Shown here in pieces: positions 19,281 through 28,965 of a DNA stretch of 64,000 nt. Every line of letters begins with the position of its first letter. Position 1 is the first letter of the stretch. Source of the stretch: Thermoplasmatota archaeon (lineage in GTDB: Archaea; Thermoplasmatota; JAKEGO01); contig JANQNK010000004.1 in the NCBI GenBank assembly GCA_028279595.1, positions 64,001 to 128,000 of the forward strand. Direction: 5' to 3'. The position numbers and the translations under genes are program-made. Under the pieces are notes generated by a model, which worked only from the letters and a program-made list of their open reading frames with translations, made no database searches and had not been told where the DNA came from.

Positions 19281-19315
19281 AAAAAAAAATAATGGGTCGG
19301 GGTCCTAGGACCCCG
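19281..19315 (-). terminator. Palindromic hairpin plus U-tract downstream of the 19328-19846 gene
   Basis: Perfect 18-bp palindrome cggggtcctaggaccccg (19298-19315), then T9 on the minus strand (A-run 19281-19289). Confidence 0.55.
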
Positions 19316-19327
19316 GTTTGGTACGGT

Positions 19328-19846
19328 TCAGAAAGCAGCCTCTTCTTCTTCCTCTTCCTCGGCGGGCTCCTCTTCGTCGGAGTACTCTTCCTCGCCTTCT
19401 GCGGCTTCCTCTTCCTCGTACTCCTCCTCTTCGCCGTATTCCTCGTCCTCGTACTCCTCGTCGCCGTACTCCTCGTCCTCGTACTCCTCATCCTCGTACT
19501 CGGGCTCGGGCAGCGGCGCGCCGCACTCCGGACAGTCGACAGCTTCGGGGTCGTCGATCTCGGCACCGCACTCGGGGCAGTTCCTGATGTACTCTTCTTC
19601 GTACTCATCGCCGTACTCGTCCTCGCCGTACTCTTCGGCTGCAGCGCCGCCGAGCATCAGACCGGCCAGGAAGATGATCACGCCGAGCACCAGGACACCT
19701 ACGGCTGCGTAGATGTACATCATCTGGGTGTCGCCGATCTCATCGTTGTCTGTCTCGAATATCGAATCTGCCTGATAGGCGACCACGGCTCCGACGAGAC
19801 CCAGTATCAGTACGATGAGTCCGATCCAAACCAACATCTTGTTCAC
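19328..19846 (-). CDS. Paralog of 18393-19052 with one double ribbon and an extended E/Y/D tail
   Basis: Near-identical N-terminus NKMLVWIGLIVLILGL...GDTQMMY.Y; GTG start after GAGGTGA; (D/E)EEY repeats. Confidence 0.8.
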   Translation of the reverse strand: MNKMLVWIGLIVLILGLVGAVVAYQADSIFETDNDEIGDTQMMYIYAAVGVLVLGVIIFLAGLMLGGAAAEEYGEDEYGDEYEEEYIRNCPECGAEIDDPEAVDCPECGAPLPEPEYEDEEYEDEEYGDEEYEDEEYGEEEEYEEEEAAEGEEEYSDEEEPAEEEEEEEAAF

Positions 19847-19970
19847 TCATATCACCTCACTCGAACGTCCTGTCTGCTTCTTTTTTCTACGGGTCGTTGT
19901 CGATACAGCGGCCCGCCTCCCAGTTGTATGAATAATATCCCTTATATATGTTTTGTGTCTGCCACTCGGG

Positions 19971-21383
19971 TCATTCAGAGAGGTAATCTTCGACCCTGTG
20001 CTGGAACCGCATTCGCTCGCTCGGAAGTTTCAGCGGGTATTCGCCGATTATGCAGCCCAGGCAGAGCTGTTCGGCGGGGAGCCCGATGGACTCGACCAGA
20101 CCCTTCGGGGAGATGTATGCTAGACTGTCCACGCCGATCTCCTTCTCGACCTCCTCCACCGTCCTGTCGTGGGCGATGAACTCGTCGCGAGTGGTCATGT
20201 CGATGCCGAGATAGCACGGATGACGGAGCGGTGGCGAGCCGACCCTCACGTGGACCTCGGCGGCACCCCTTCGGCGAAGGAGCGAGGCGATCTCGCGTAT
20301 GGTCGTCCCGCGGACGATGCTGTCGTCGACGAGGATTATCCTCTTCCCCGCGACGAGGTGGTCGAGGACGTTGACCTTGAGTCGGACACTCGTCCTCTGC
20401 GCGTCCCTGTCGGGCATGATGAAGGTCCTCGTCACATACCTGTTCTTGATGAGACCCTCGAGGTAGGGGATCCCGGAGCCGTGGGCGTAGCCGATAGCGT
20501 GAGCCCTCCCGGAGTCGGGGATAGGAGAGACGAGATCGGCCTCGACGGGGTTGTCCTTCGCGAGCCGTTCGCCGATCCGGAACCTGACATCGTATCCGAA
20601 GATGCCGTCGATACGGCTGTCGGGACGGGCGAAGTAGACCCACTCGAAGAAGCAGTGGGCCTTGTGGGTCTCGGGGAAGAGCTGGTACGAGATGAGCCTG
20701 TCCGGTGTCAGCTCGACGAGCTCTCCCGGCTCGACGTCCCTGAGGAACTCGGCGCCGAGCACCTGGATTGCTACGCTCTCGGAGACCGCCATGAACCCGC
20801 CGTCTGGAAGCCTTCCAAGGCACAGCGGACGGTTGCCCATCGGGTCCCTCAGCGCGAAGACCCTGTCCTGGATGATGAACGTAAGCGCATAGGAGCCCTC
20901 GGTCTTCCTCATCGCAAGACGGATCGCCTCCGTCACGCTCTTGCCGCGGTGGAGCTCCTTGGTGATAAGGTAGACCATCGCCTCCTCCTCGGTGTCAGTG
21001 AAGAAGATGTGGCCCTCCTCCCTCAGCTTATTCCTGAGGTCCGGGGAGTTGACGATTATGCCGTTGTGGGAGATCGCCATGGAACCCTCGGAGGTCTTGA
21101 CGATCACGGGCTGAATGTTCTCCCGCTTCGATAGTTTGATCGAATAAAGGAGGTGGCCGATGCCGGCGTTTCCGGTCAGCTCGTCGATGTTGTCTTCGGT
21201 CACGACCTGATGCACGAGGCCCTTGCCGCGGACGGAGTGGATGCCCCTTTCGTCGACGGTGGCTATCCCCGCGTACTCCTGTCCTCTATGCTGAAGTGTC
21301 CTGAGCGAGAAGAAAAGGGGTCTTGCCACAGGATGCCGGGACACGATGGCCGCGACGGCACACTTCTCCTGCGGCTTGTCCAT
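19971..21383 (-). CDS. purF: Amidophosphoribosyltransferase (PurF) homolog
   Basis: Propeptide-Cys (MDKPQEKC), LQHRGQE, HNG, CFFEWVYFARPDS, LVDDSIVRGTT, PCYLGID and LCLGC. ATG 21383 lies just after rpl37e (the track's 21452 start overlaps rpl37e). Confidence 0.9.
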   Translation of the reverse strand: MDKPQEKCAVAAIVSRHPVARPLFFSLRTLQHRGQEYAGIATVDERGIHSVRGKGLVHQVVTEDNIDELTGNAGIGHLLYSIKLSKRENIQPVIVKTSEGSMAISHNGIIVNSPDLRNKLREEGHIFFTDTEEEAMVYLITKELHRGKSVTEAIRLAMRKTEGSYALTFIIQDRVFALRDPMGNRPLCLGRLPDGGFMAVSESVAIQVLGAEFLRDVEPGELVELTPDRLISYQLFPETHKAHCFFEWVYFARPDSRIDGIFGYDVRFRIGERLAKDNPVEADLVSPIPDSGRAHAIGYAHGSGIPYLEGLIKNRYVTRTFIMPDRDAQRTSVRLKVNVLDHLVAGKRIILVDDSIVRGTTIREIASLLRRRGAAEVHVRVGSPPLRHPCYLGIDMTTRDEFIAHDRTVEEVEKEIGVDSLAYISPKGLVESIGLPAEQLCLGCIIGEYPLKLPSERMRFQHRVEDYLSE

Positions 21384-21385
21384 GA

Positions 21386-21550
21386 CTACCGCCCCTTCCG
21401 CCATCCGTATCCGCGGATCCGGCTTGTGGCGCCGTATCCGCACTTGGCGCACCGCTTCTTACGGATGTGGTAGGAGTGGTCACCGCATCGACGGCATACG
21501 ATGTGGGTCTTGCTGTTCCGCTTGCCGTGAGCCGTAGTCCCGCGTGTCAT
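21386..21550 (-). CDS. rpl37e: 50S ribosomal protein L37e (54 aa), absent from the ORF track
   Basis: MTRGTTAHGKRNSKTHIVCRRCGDHSYHIRKKRCAKCGYGATSRIRGYGWRKGR*; rpl37e-purF adjacency is common in archaea. Confidence 0.95.
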   Translation of the reverse strand: MTRGTTAHGKRNSKTHIVCRRCGDHSYHIRKKRCAKCGYGATSRIRGYGWRKGR

Positions 21551-21646
21551 CTGATACCACCTTTGAAACCCCTAACTCCAGGTCCTATATTAACATTATT
21601 GCCATGATTCCAGGGAATGGACGCGATCGTTGAACGGGCGGACCGT

Positions 21647-22165
21647 TCAGATCTTCTCCATATCCGGCTTGCGGTCGCTCATGGTGGTGTCCGTCGTATT
21701 GATCTGGACCTCCCAATCCTCGACAGCGTCGGATATACCCTTGAAAACGCCGATGTTCTCCTTGAACCAGACGTCCCTGCGGACGATCTGCGACTTCGCC
21801 TTGTTGAGGTCGGCCTCGAGGTCCTCGGCCAGGGCGAAGAGCTTCGAGAAGCGCTCCATCTCGTTCCTCATGTCCGTCTCGAGGCTCTCGATCCGGGGCT
21901 CGAGCTCCGCGTTCCTGTGCTTGAGCTTGCTCCGCTCGATGTCAAGCTCGCGGATCTCCTTGTCCCGCATCTCGAGGACCTCCTTAAGGGATTTGACGAT
22001 CCTCTCCTTCTCGTCGATCTCCTTCTCGAGACCGAGGATCTTCGCGTTCAAGGTCTCTACATCGCGCTGCTGTACCTCGTACGCCTCCCAGAGCTTGGCA
22101 AGCCTCAGCTTCTCCTTCTCGAAGGCGTCCTTGTAATCGGTAATCCCTTCGCTCGTACTGACCAT
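21647..22165 (-). CDS. Coiled-coil hypothetical protein
   Basis: Start at ATG 22165 after GGTGA (track extends to 22378); EKLRLAKLWEAYE followed by heptads; upstream GAAAGGTTTATC promoter-like motif. Confidence 0.7.
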   Translation of the reverse strand: MVSTSEGITDYKDAFEKEKLRLAKLWEAYEVQQRDVETLNAKILGLEKEIDEKERIVKSLKEVLEMRDKEIRELDIERSKLKHRNAELEPRIESLETDMRNEMERFSKLFALAEDLEADLNKAKSQIVRRDVWFKENIGVFKGISDAVEDWEVQINTTDTTMSDRKPDMEKI

Positions 22166-22462
22166 AGTATCACCTGGTGTGAGCGTATCTTGGGGTAGTA
22201 TAGACTCTCCCTTGATAAACCTTTCCGGTTGTCCTTGGACGGTCTGGCACGCTGTCGTTCTATGGGAAGTGGAGGTCGTGGCTGGATGGGACATGGATGT
22301 CCATGGGGAGCTGCGGCCGGGATGCGTTATAATGGCCGAACGGACAATTATCAAGGGTGTCGTGATAGCGGATGACACGGTGATCGCCCGCCTCCATGGA
22401 AAGGTTAATATCCGTGCCAGGCATTGACCGGTGGGGGTAGGTTTCAGAGGAGGTTAAATGGA

Positions 22463-24220
22463 ATGATGTTCGCGTTGATGAACCGGAAGTCCGCTGCCAT
22501 CCTCATTCTGATAGTGCTTCTCATCGCCGGCCTGAACTACCAGCTCATTCCCTACAACAAGGACGAGGTCCTGGTCATCGAGACCCCAGCCGAGCCCAGG
22601 GGGCTCGATCCGGCGACCAATTACGAGACCGCCGGCGGGAACATCATACACAACATCTACGAGACCCTGATCTCGTACAACGGATCCTCTACGACCGACC
22701 TCAAACCCGTGCTTTGCACGATCATCCCCACGCCCGAGAACGGGCTCATCTCCCCGGACGGGATCAATTATACATTCATCATACGTCAGGATGTGAAGTT
22801 CCACAACGGCGACACGCTGACCGCCGAGGACGTCAGGTACTCGTTCGAAAGGGTCGTCAGGATGCGCCAGTCCCCATCATGGATGATAATGGACCGGTAC
22901 AATCCCGAGCGCAAGAAATGGGAATGGACGTACTGGCACAACCACAGTTACGACGATCTCGACGACAACTTCACCGTGATGACGGACAGCGAGGTTGACG
23001 ATTACAACGAGAGGGTTGACGCGCACAACAGCCGCCCCGAGGTCATCAACAACACGATGCGGAAATGGACCTATGCCGTCAAGGACTGGACGGTCAGGTT
23101 CAAGCTCGATGCCCCGTACTCGCCTTTCCTCTTCGTACTGACGCACACCGTCGGATCGATAGTCAACAAACGGACGGTCGAGGCGCACGGCGGTATCAAG
23201 GAGGGGCAGAAGAACGACTGGATGAACGAGCACACGGTCGGCACCGGCCCCTGGAAGTTGAAGAAGTGGGAACCTGACCGGACCAAGCTCACCATCGAGC
23301 GATTCGATGATTACTGGGGAGAGAACGCGAAGCTGAAGGAGGTCATCTTCCTGACGGTCCACCAGCAGACGACGCGGATCATCGACCTCCAGATGGGTTT
23401 CACGGACGTCGCCTACGTGCCCACGCCATCCCTGGACGAGGTGCGGGGGAAGGAGGGGATCATCGTCGACGAGGGGGCCATGAGGCTGGCTGGCTACTTC
23501 ATCGCGTTCAATTGCGAAGACTCGATATTCAGCGACGTCAGATTGAGACAGGCCTGCACGCTTGCCTTCGACTACGACGTCATGCTCAACGTCATATACA
23601 ACGGCCTGGGGCAGAGGTACGTAGGACCATGGGTCCACGGGATGTACGGCTACAACGAATCGATCGAGGTCTGGGAACAGGACATCGCCGCTGCCAAGGA
23701 CCTTGTCCAGGACTACAAGTCCGATAATCCAGGGAGCATAGAGGTCGCCCTGATGTACACCTCGAGCGAGATCTCGAGCCTCCTCGCACAGCTGTTCAGA
23801 TCGAACTGCGACGAGATCGGGATCGACGTCACGCTCCAGCTGTTATCGTGGCCCACGCTCCTCGAACTTACCGACAAGGGCGATTTCGACTGCACCCTGC
23901 TCGGATGGCTCGCCGACTTCCCGCATCCCGATGGGAATGCCCCGACGGTGATGTCCGAACAGAAGGGGCACTCCAACAATGCATGGTACGAGAACCAGAA
24001 GGTCGACGCATGGCTCCTCGAGGCCGTACAGACGAACAACGAGACGCGCCGGCTCGAACTGTACCACCTGGTGCAGAACCAGGTCAAGAGGGACTGCCCG
24101 TACCTGTGGACATTGCAGCCCAACGTACCAGCGGTGTACCGTGACTGGGTGAAGAACTACGTGGAGGCGAACAACCCGTTCCTCGGGAGATACTATGCGG
24201 ACGTCTACAAGGAGAAATGA
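22463..24220 (+). CDS. dppA: Peptide/nickel ABC transporter substrate-binding protein (SBP family 5)
   Basis: LDPA..YE, NIYETL, VKFHNG..LTAEDV.YSF.R, VGTGPWKL and GW.ADFPHPD; in-frame ATG 22463 after GAGGAGG. Confidence 0.9.
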   Translation: MMFALMNRKSAAILILIVLLIAGLNYQLIPYNKDEVLVIETPAEPRGLDPATNYETAGGNIIHNIYETLISYNGSSTTDLKPVLCTIIPTPENGLISPDGINYTFIIRQDVKFHNGDTLTAEDVRYSFERVVRMRQSPSWMIMDRYNPERKKWEWTYWHNHSYDDLDDNFTVMTDSEVDDYNERVDAHNSRPEVINNTMRKWTYAVKDWTVRFKLDAPYSPFLFVLTHTVGSIVNKRTVEAHGGIKEGQKNDWMNEHTVGTGPWKLKKWEPDRTKLTIERFDDYWGENAKLKEVIFLTVHQQTTRIIDLQMGFTDVAYVPTPSLDEVRGKEGIIVDEGAMRLAGYFIAFNCEDSIFSDVRLRQACTLAFDYDVMLNVIYNGLGQRYVGPWVHGMYGYNESIEVWEQDIAAAKDLVQDYKSDNPGSIEVALMYTSSEISSLLAQLFRSNCDEIGIDVTLQLLSWPTLLELTDKGDFDCTLLGWLADFPHPDGNAPTVMSEQKGHSNNAWYENQKVDAWLLEAVQTNNETRRLELYHLVQNQVKRDCPYLWTLQPNVPAVYRDWVKNYVEANNPFLGRYYADVYKEK

Positions 24221-24260
24221 GATCCCGATCTCGGGGCATCGCAAGGGAGGGCCTTCCTAG

Positions 24261-25295
24261 ATGAAGCTCTTCGAATTCATAGTGCGGCGTCTGCTGCTCC
24301 TCATTCCGGTCCTCATCGGACTCTCGCTTGTCACGTTCGCCATCTCCCACCTCATACCGGCGAACCCGGGGAAGGCCTGGGCCGGCGAGAAGGCGACGCC
24401 GGAGGTGATCGAGCAGGTGGAGGATGAGTACCATCTCAACGATCCGCTGCACATGCAGTACTTCTACTACATGAGCGACCTGCTCCAAGGCGACCTCGGC
24501 GATTCTCCGACCACGAACCGTCCCGTTCGTGAAGATATCGAAAGTTACTTTCCAGCTACGTTCGAATTGACGTTGGTCGCGATGACCATCGTAGTGCTCG
24601 TAGGGATCCCGCTGGGAATATTCTCGGCAGTGAAACGCAACAAGCTCCCTGACCATCTGATCAGGTTGTTCTCACTGATGGGATCGTCGATGCCGATATT
24701 CTGGCTGGGATTGCTGTTGCAGATGGCGTTCTCGTTCTACCCCGGGATCGTGTTCGGGATCCCCCTGTTCCCACCAAAGGGGAGGATCGGTGCGTTCGTC
24801 GACGCGCCGGACAGGATCACCGGACTCTACATCGTTGACAGCGTGCTTACCCTGAACGGGGAGGCTCTCCTGAGCAGTCTGGCCCACATCATCCTTCCAG
24901 CGGTGACGCTCTCGTTCGCCATCCTCGGGATAATCATGCGCATCACGAGGTCAAGCATGCTCGACGTAATGAACAAGGAGTACATCAAGACCGCCCGGGC
25001 GAAAGGGCTGTCGTACAACGAGGTCATCCAGAAACACGCCGTCAAGAACGCGATGATCCCCACGGTCACGATACTCGGGATGTCCTTCGGCGGCCTTCTT
25101 GGCGGGGCCGTCCTAACCGAGACGATATTCGCCTGGCCCGGCATGGGCACCTATTCGCTCCAGGCCATCCAGCACCTGGACTTCCCGGCCATCATGGGAT
25201 TCACGCTCCTGATAGGGTTCGTCTACGTCATAGCGAACCTGGTAGTCGACATAATGTACGCGTACCTCGACCCGAGGATACGCCTGGGAGGCTGA
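24261..25295 (+). CDS. dppB: Peptide ABC transporter permease
   Basis: GDLG.S, FPATFEL, SMP.FW.G, R.TRSSML...YIKTARAKGL and D..YAYLDPRI. Confidence 0.92.
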   Translation: MKLFEFIVRRLLLLIPVLIGLSLVTFAISHLIPANPGKAWAGEKATPEVIEQVEDEYHLNDPLHMQYFYYMSDLLQGDLGDSPTTNRPVREDIESYFPATFELTLVAMTIVVLVGIPLGIFSAVKRNKLPDHLIRLFSLMGSSMPIFWLGLLLQMAFSFYPGIVFGIPLFPPKGRIGAFVDAPDRITGLYIVDSVLTLNGEALLSSLAHIILPAVTLSFAILGIIMRITRSSMLDVMNKEYIKTARAKGLSYNEVIQKHAVKNAMIPTVTILGMSFGGLLGGAVLTETIFAWPGMGTYSLQAIQHLDFPAIMGFTLLIGFVYVIANLVVDIMYAYLDPRIRLGG

Positions 25296-25301
25296 CGAGA
25301 C

Positions 25302-26210
25302 ATGGCTACGGCTCCGATGGTGGACCCCGATGTTCCGATCGACAATGCGCTCGCCCAGGAGTTCAGGTACAAGATGTACCTGTTCAAGAAGAGCCCCCTC
25401 GCCATCATCGGCCTTTTCATAATCATCACGATAATCATGATCGCGTTCCTCGCACCCTACCTCGCGACCCACGATCCCGAGGAGATCGATCCTTACAACA
25501 GGCACGATCCCCCAAGCGAGGACCACTACTTCGGTACCGACGACCTGGGGCGTGACATCTACTCGATGGTACTCCACGGAGCCCACCTGTCCCTCAGGAT
25601 AGGGATAATCGTCGTTTCCATAGCCCTTCTGATCGGGATCACGCTTGGATTGACGGCGGGATACTACGGAGGATGGGTGGACGAGATAATCATGCGCGGC
25701 ACGGACATCGTGCTTGCGTTCCCGGGACTGATCCTCGCCATGGCGATCGTCGCGACGCTTGTCGCCAACGACCCGAAGTCGGACAAACTGTTCTACGTCA
25801 TGATCGCCCTAGCGGCAGTTGGATGGCCGGGATACGTTCGTCTCGTCAGGGGAACGGTCCTCAGCGTCAAGGAGAACACGTACGTCGAGGCCGCCAGGTC
25901 CCTCGGCGCCGGGAATGGCCGGATCATGCGGCGCCACATCCTTCCGAACTGCCTCTCGCCGATAATCGTGACAGCCTCGATGAACCTGGGGTCCGTCATC
26001 CTGGCAGCGGCGGGTCTGTCCTTCATCGGTCTTGGGGCGGAAGCAGGAACTGCGGAATGGGGTCAGATGGTGGCGGTCGGCTCGGAGTTCCTGGTCAAGA
26101 GCTGGTGGATCGCGACGTTCCCCGGCCTGTTCATACTGATAACGGTCCTTGGATTCAACCTGTTCGGCGACGGACTGAGGGACGTGCTAGACCCGAAATT
26201 ACGGAGATGA
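25302..26210 (+). CDS. dppC: Peptide ABC transporter permease
   Basis: HYFGTDDLGRD, YVEAARSLGA, HILPN and FNLFGDGLRD.LDP. Confidence 0.92.
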   Translation: MATAPMVDPDVPIDNALAQEFRYKMYLFKKSPLAIIGLFIIITIIMIAFLAPYLATHDPEEIDPYNRHDPPSEDHYFGTDDLGRDIYSMVLHGAHLSLRIGIIVVSIALLIGITLGLTAGYYGGWVDEIIMRGTDIVLAFPGLILAMAIVATLVANDPKSDKLFYVMIALAAVGWPGYVRLVRGTVLSVKENTYVEAARSLGAGNGRIMRRHILPNCLSPIIVTASMNLGSVILAAAGLSFIGLGAEAGTAEWGQMVAVGSEFLVKSWWIATFPGLFILITVLGFNLFGDGLRDVLDPKLRR

Positions 26211-26219
26211 GACGGAAAC

Positions 26220-27308
26220 ATGGTGCTCAGCGTTAGGAACCTGGTGGTCGATTTCGAGACCTTCGCCGGCGACGTCAAGGCCCTTGACGGCGTCAACTTC
26301 GAGATCAACCCGGGGGAGACCCTCGGGCTGGTCGGCGAGACCGGATGCGGGAAGAGCGTCACCGCACATTCTGTGCTCGGACTCCTGCCGGAAGCGGCGA
26401 ACGTCAGGTCCGGGGAGATCTGGTTCGAGGGCCAGAACCTCCTCACCAAGTCCGACCAGGAGATGCAGTCCATCAGGGGCAACCACATATCCATGATATT
26501 CCAGGAGCCCATGACGGCGCTCAATCCGGTGTTCACCGTGGGCGACCAGATCACAGAGGCGATCCTACTTCACCAGGCAGAGGAGGTCTACAAGGCATCC
26601 TTCCAGCTGCCGCCTGAGGGGCTCTCGGGCAAGCTCGGCCAGCTGCCCTTGATCAGGTCCATCACCAACAGGGAGATCAACTTCGAGGCGGAGAAGAGGG
26701 CCATCGAGGCGCTGAAGCTCGTCCGCATGCCCGATCCGCACAAGGTCATCGACCAGTATCCGCACGAGCTGAGCGGGGGGATGAAGCAAAGGGTCATGAT
26801 CGCCATGGCGCTCGCCTGCCGCCCCAAGCTACTGATAGCCGATGAACCCACAACGGCGTTGGATGTCACGATCCAGGCCCAGATCCTCCACCTCGTGGGT
26901 GGCCTGAGGGAGCAGCTCGGAATGTCCGTTCTGCTCATCACGCACGACCTCGGGGTCGTTGCGGAGGTGTGCGACCGCGTGGCGGTCATGTATGCAGGGA
27001 CCATCGTCGAGACCGGAACGGTGGAGGAGATCTTCAAGAATCCCCAGCATCCCTACACCCAGGGCCTGCTCAAGACGATACCGTCCATCACAGATTCGAA
27101 GGAAAGGCTTGACACAATATTCGGCTCGGTGCCGAACCTGTTGAAACCGCCGTCCGGCTGCCGGTTCAATCCGCGCTGCGGCCACAGGTTCGACCTCTGC
27201 CTCAGGGAGAAGCCCAGGGGCGTCACCCTTGAAGGCAATCAATACGTCTCCTGTCATCACTACGACGAGCCGCTGCTGAAACATTACGGATACGGGAGGT
27301 CGGGCTGA
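26220..27308 (+). CDS. dppD: Peptide ABC transporter ATPase
   Basis: [35 protein letters not shown] and PSGCRF.PRC. Confidence 0.92.
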   Translation: MVLSVRNLVVDFETFAGDVKALDGVNFEINPGETLGLVGETGCGKSVTAHSVLGLLPEAANVRSGEIWFEGQNLLTKSDQEMQSIRGNHISMIFQEPMTALNPVFTVGDQITEAILLHQAEEVYKASFQLPPEGLSGKLGQLPLIRSITNREINFEAEKRAIEALKLVRMPDPHKVIDQYPHELSGGMKQRVMIAMALACRPKLLIADEPTTALDVTIQAQILHLVGGLREQLGMSVLLITHDLGVVAEVCDRVAVMYAGTIVETGTVEEIFKNPQHPYTQGLLKTIPSITDSKERLDTIFGSVPNLLKPPSGCRFNPRCGHRFDLCLREKPRGVTLEGNQYVSCHHYDEPLLKHYGYGRSG

Positions 27309-28390
27309 TGACGAACATCGTCGACGTCGTCGGGCTGAAGAAGTACTACCCGATCAAGAGCGGGGTCTTCTCACGCACAGTGGGGAACGTCAAGGCCGTC
27401 GACGGGGTGGACCTTGCGATCCGACGCGGGGAGACGTTCGGCCTCGTCGGAGAGAGCGGATGCGGAAAGACGACCGTCGGCAGGTGCATCCTCAGGCTGA
27501 CCAATCTGACGACCGGCAAGGTCTACTTCGACGGGATGGACATATCGGCCCTGACGTCTGGACAGCTCCGCTCGACGAGGAGGAGGTTCCAGTGCGTGTT
27601 CCAGGACCCGTTCTCGTCCCTCAATCCCACCATGACGATCAAGAGCATAATCTCCGAGCCGCTGAAGATCCACGGCGTCGCATACGGCGCCGACCTCAGG
27701 AAGAAGGCGCTGCAACTGTTGAACACGGTAGGGCTCCGCGAGGAGCACATGAACAGGTTCCCGCACGAGTTCAGCGGCGGACAGAGGCAGAGGATATGCG
27801 TGGCCAGGGCCCTCGCCCTGAACCCGTCCTTCATAATGCTGGACGAGCCGACATCCGCACTGGACGTATCGGTGCAGGCTCAGGTCCTGAACCTCCTGAA
27901 GGACCTGCAGGAGCAGATGGGACTGACCTATCTGTTCATCTCCCACGATCTCTCGGTGATCAAGCACATCAGCCACCGCGTGGGCGTCATGTACCTCGGG
28001 AAGATAGTCGAGGTCTCGTGGACCGAGGAGCTATTCAGCAATCCGCAGCACCCTTACACCGAGGCACTCCTCTCCGCCATACCCGTCCCCGACCCGACCG
28101 CCGAGAAGAGGCGTATCATCCTGTCGGGCGATGTTCCGAGTCCGGTGAACCCGCCTAGAGGGTGCCGGTTCCACACTAGATGTCCGTACGCTAGAAAGGA
28201 CTGCGGAAAGGTCGAGCCCGACCTGGTCGAGGTGAGGCCCGGACACTTCACCGCCTGCAGGTACTCCCGGGAGATCTTCAAGGACACGGGTGAGAGGGAG
28301 GCCCCGGCCTGCCCCCTCTGCAGCGGGCACACGAATTATATCGCTGAGCATGGACGCCACTACTGCTACGACTGCGAGCAGTACGTCTAG
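27308..28390 (+). CDS. dppF: Peptide ABC transporter ATPase with extra C-terminal zinc ribbon
   Basis: [28 protein letters not shown] and GCRFHTRCP; tail [26 protein letters not shown]. Confidence 0.92.
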   Translation: MTNIVDVVGLKKYYPIKSGVFSRTVGNVKAVDGVDLAIRRGETFGLVGESGCGKTTVGRCILRLTNLTTGKVYFDGMDISALTSGQLRSTRRRFQCVFQDPFSSLNPTMTIKSIISEPLKIHGVAYGADLRKKALQLLNTVGLREEHMNRFPHEFSGGQRQRICVARALALNPSFIMLDEPTSALDVSVQAQVLNLLKDLQEQMGLTYLFISHDLSVIKHISHRVGVMYLGKIVEVSWTEELFSNPQHPYTEALLSAIPVPDPTAEKRRIILSGDVPSPVNPPRGCRFHTRCPYARKDCGKVEPDLVEVRPGHFTACRYSREIFKDTGEREAPACPLCSGHTNYIAEHGRHYCYDCEQYV

Positions 28391-28401
28391 GGGCGGTATC
28401 T

Positions 28402-28965
28402 ATGTACGACCAGGACCAGACCACGAAGGAGTGGTTCTATCACCATTATCTCAGGTACTGGTACTGGCTGGGGACCATTCTTCTGTTCGTAGTGCTGGCG
28501 GGGAGTGTGAAACCACACATGGACTACAGGACGTTCCTTTCGTTCCTCCTGTTCCTCCTGCTGTTCCTTACTATCTTCGGATACTACGTCTATCAGAGGA
28601 TATGGCCCGAGTCCATCAGGGGACCCAAGGACAAGATCAGGGCTTTGATCGAATCCCGCAGGAAGCGCGATAGGGAACAACGTATGGAAGTGGAACCTCA
28701 GGAAGAGGATGAATACCTCGCCCCGAGGGACAGCGCGGCGAGGGAACATCGGTCAGATCCGGTCGACGTTGCCCATGATGAGGAAGGGGAAAGGCAGGAA
28801 CCGGTCATCGTCTCAGGCCGGCTGGGTGGACATCCACCTCGCCGATCGGAAGGATCGACGTCGAGCCGTCCGGGTGGACGACCTGATAGGTTATCGCGGC
28901 GACGCCCTCCTCGACCCCCTTATTCGTCGGGTAAGCGTCGGTCACGACGATCTCGTCGAAGATGA
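28402..28965 (+). CDS. Small two-TM membrane protein (3' end uncertain)
   Basis: Aromatic TM hairpin in the first ~70 aa, 11 nt after dppF; the 3' part overlaps the opposite-strand SPFH gene. Confidence 0.55.
   Translation: MYDQDQTTKEWFYHHYLRYWYWLGTILLFVVLAGSVKPHMDYRTFLSFLLFLLLFLTIFGYYVYQRIWPESIRGPKDKIRALIESRRKRDREQRMEVEPQEEDEYLAPRDSAAREHRSDPVDVAHDEEGERQEPVIVSGRLGGHPPRRSEGSTSSRPGGRPDRLSRRRPPRPPYSSGKRRSRRSRRR

Noticed and set aside
22179-22427. 82-aa plus-strand ORF between divergent genes
   Set aside because: It spans both divergent promoter-like motifs and has no recognisable protein features.
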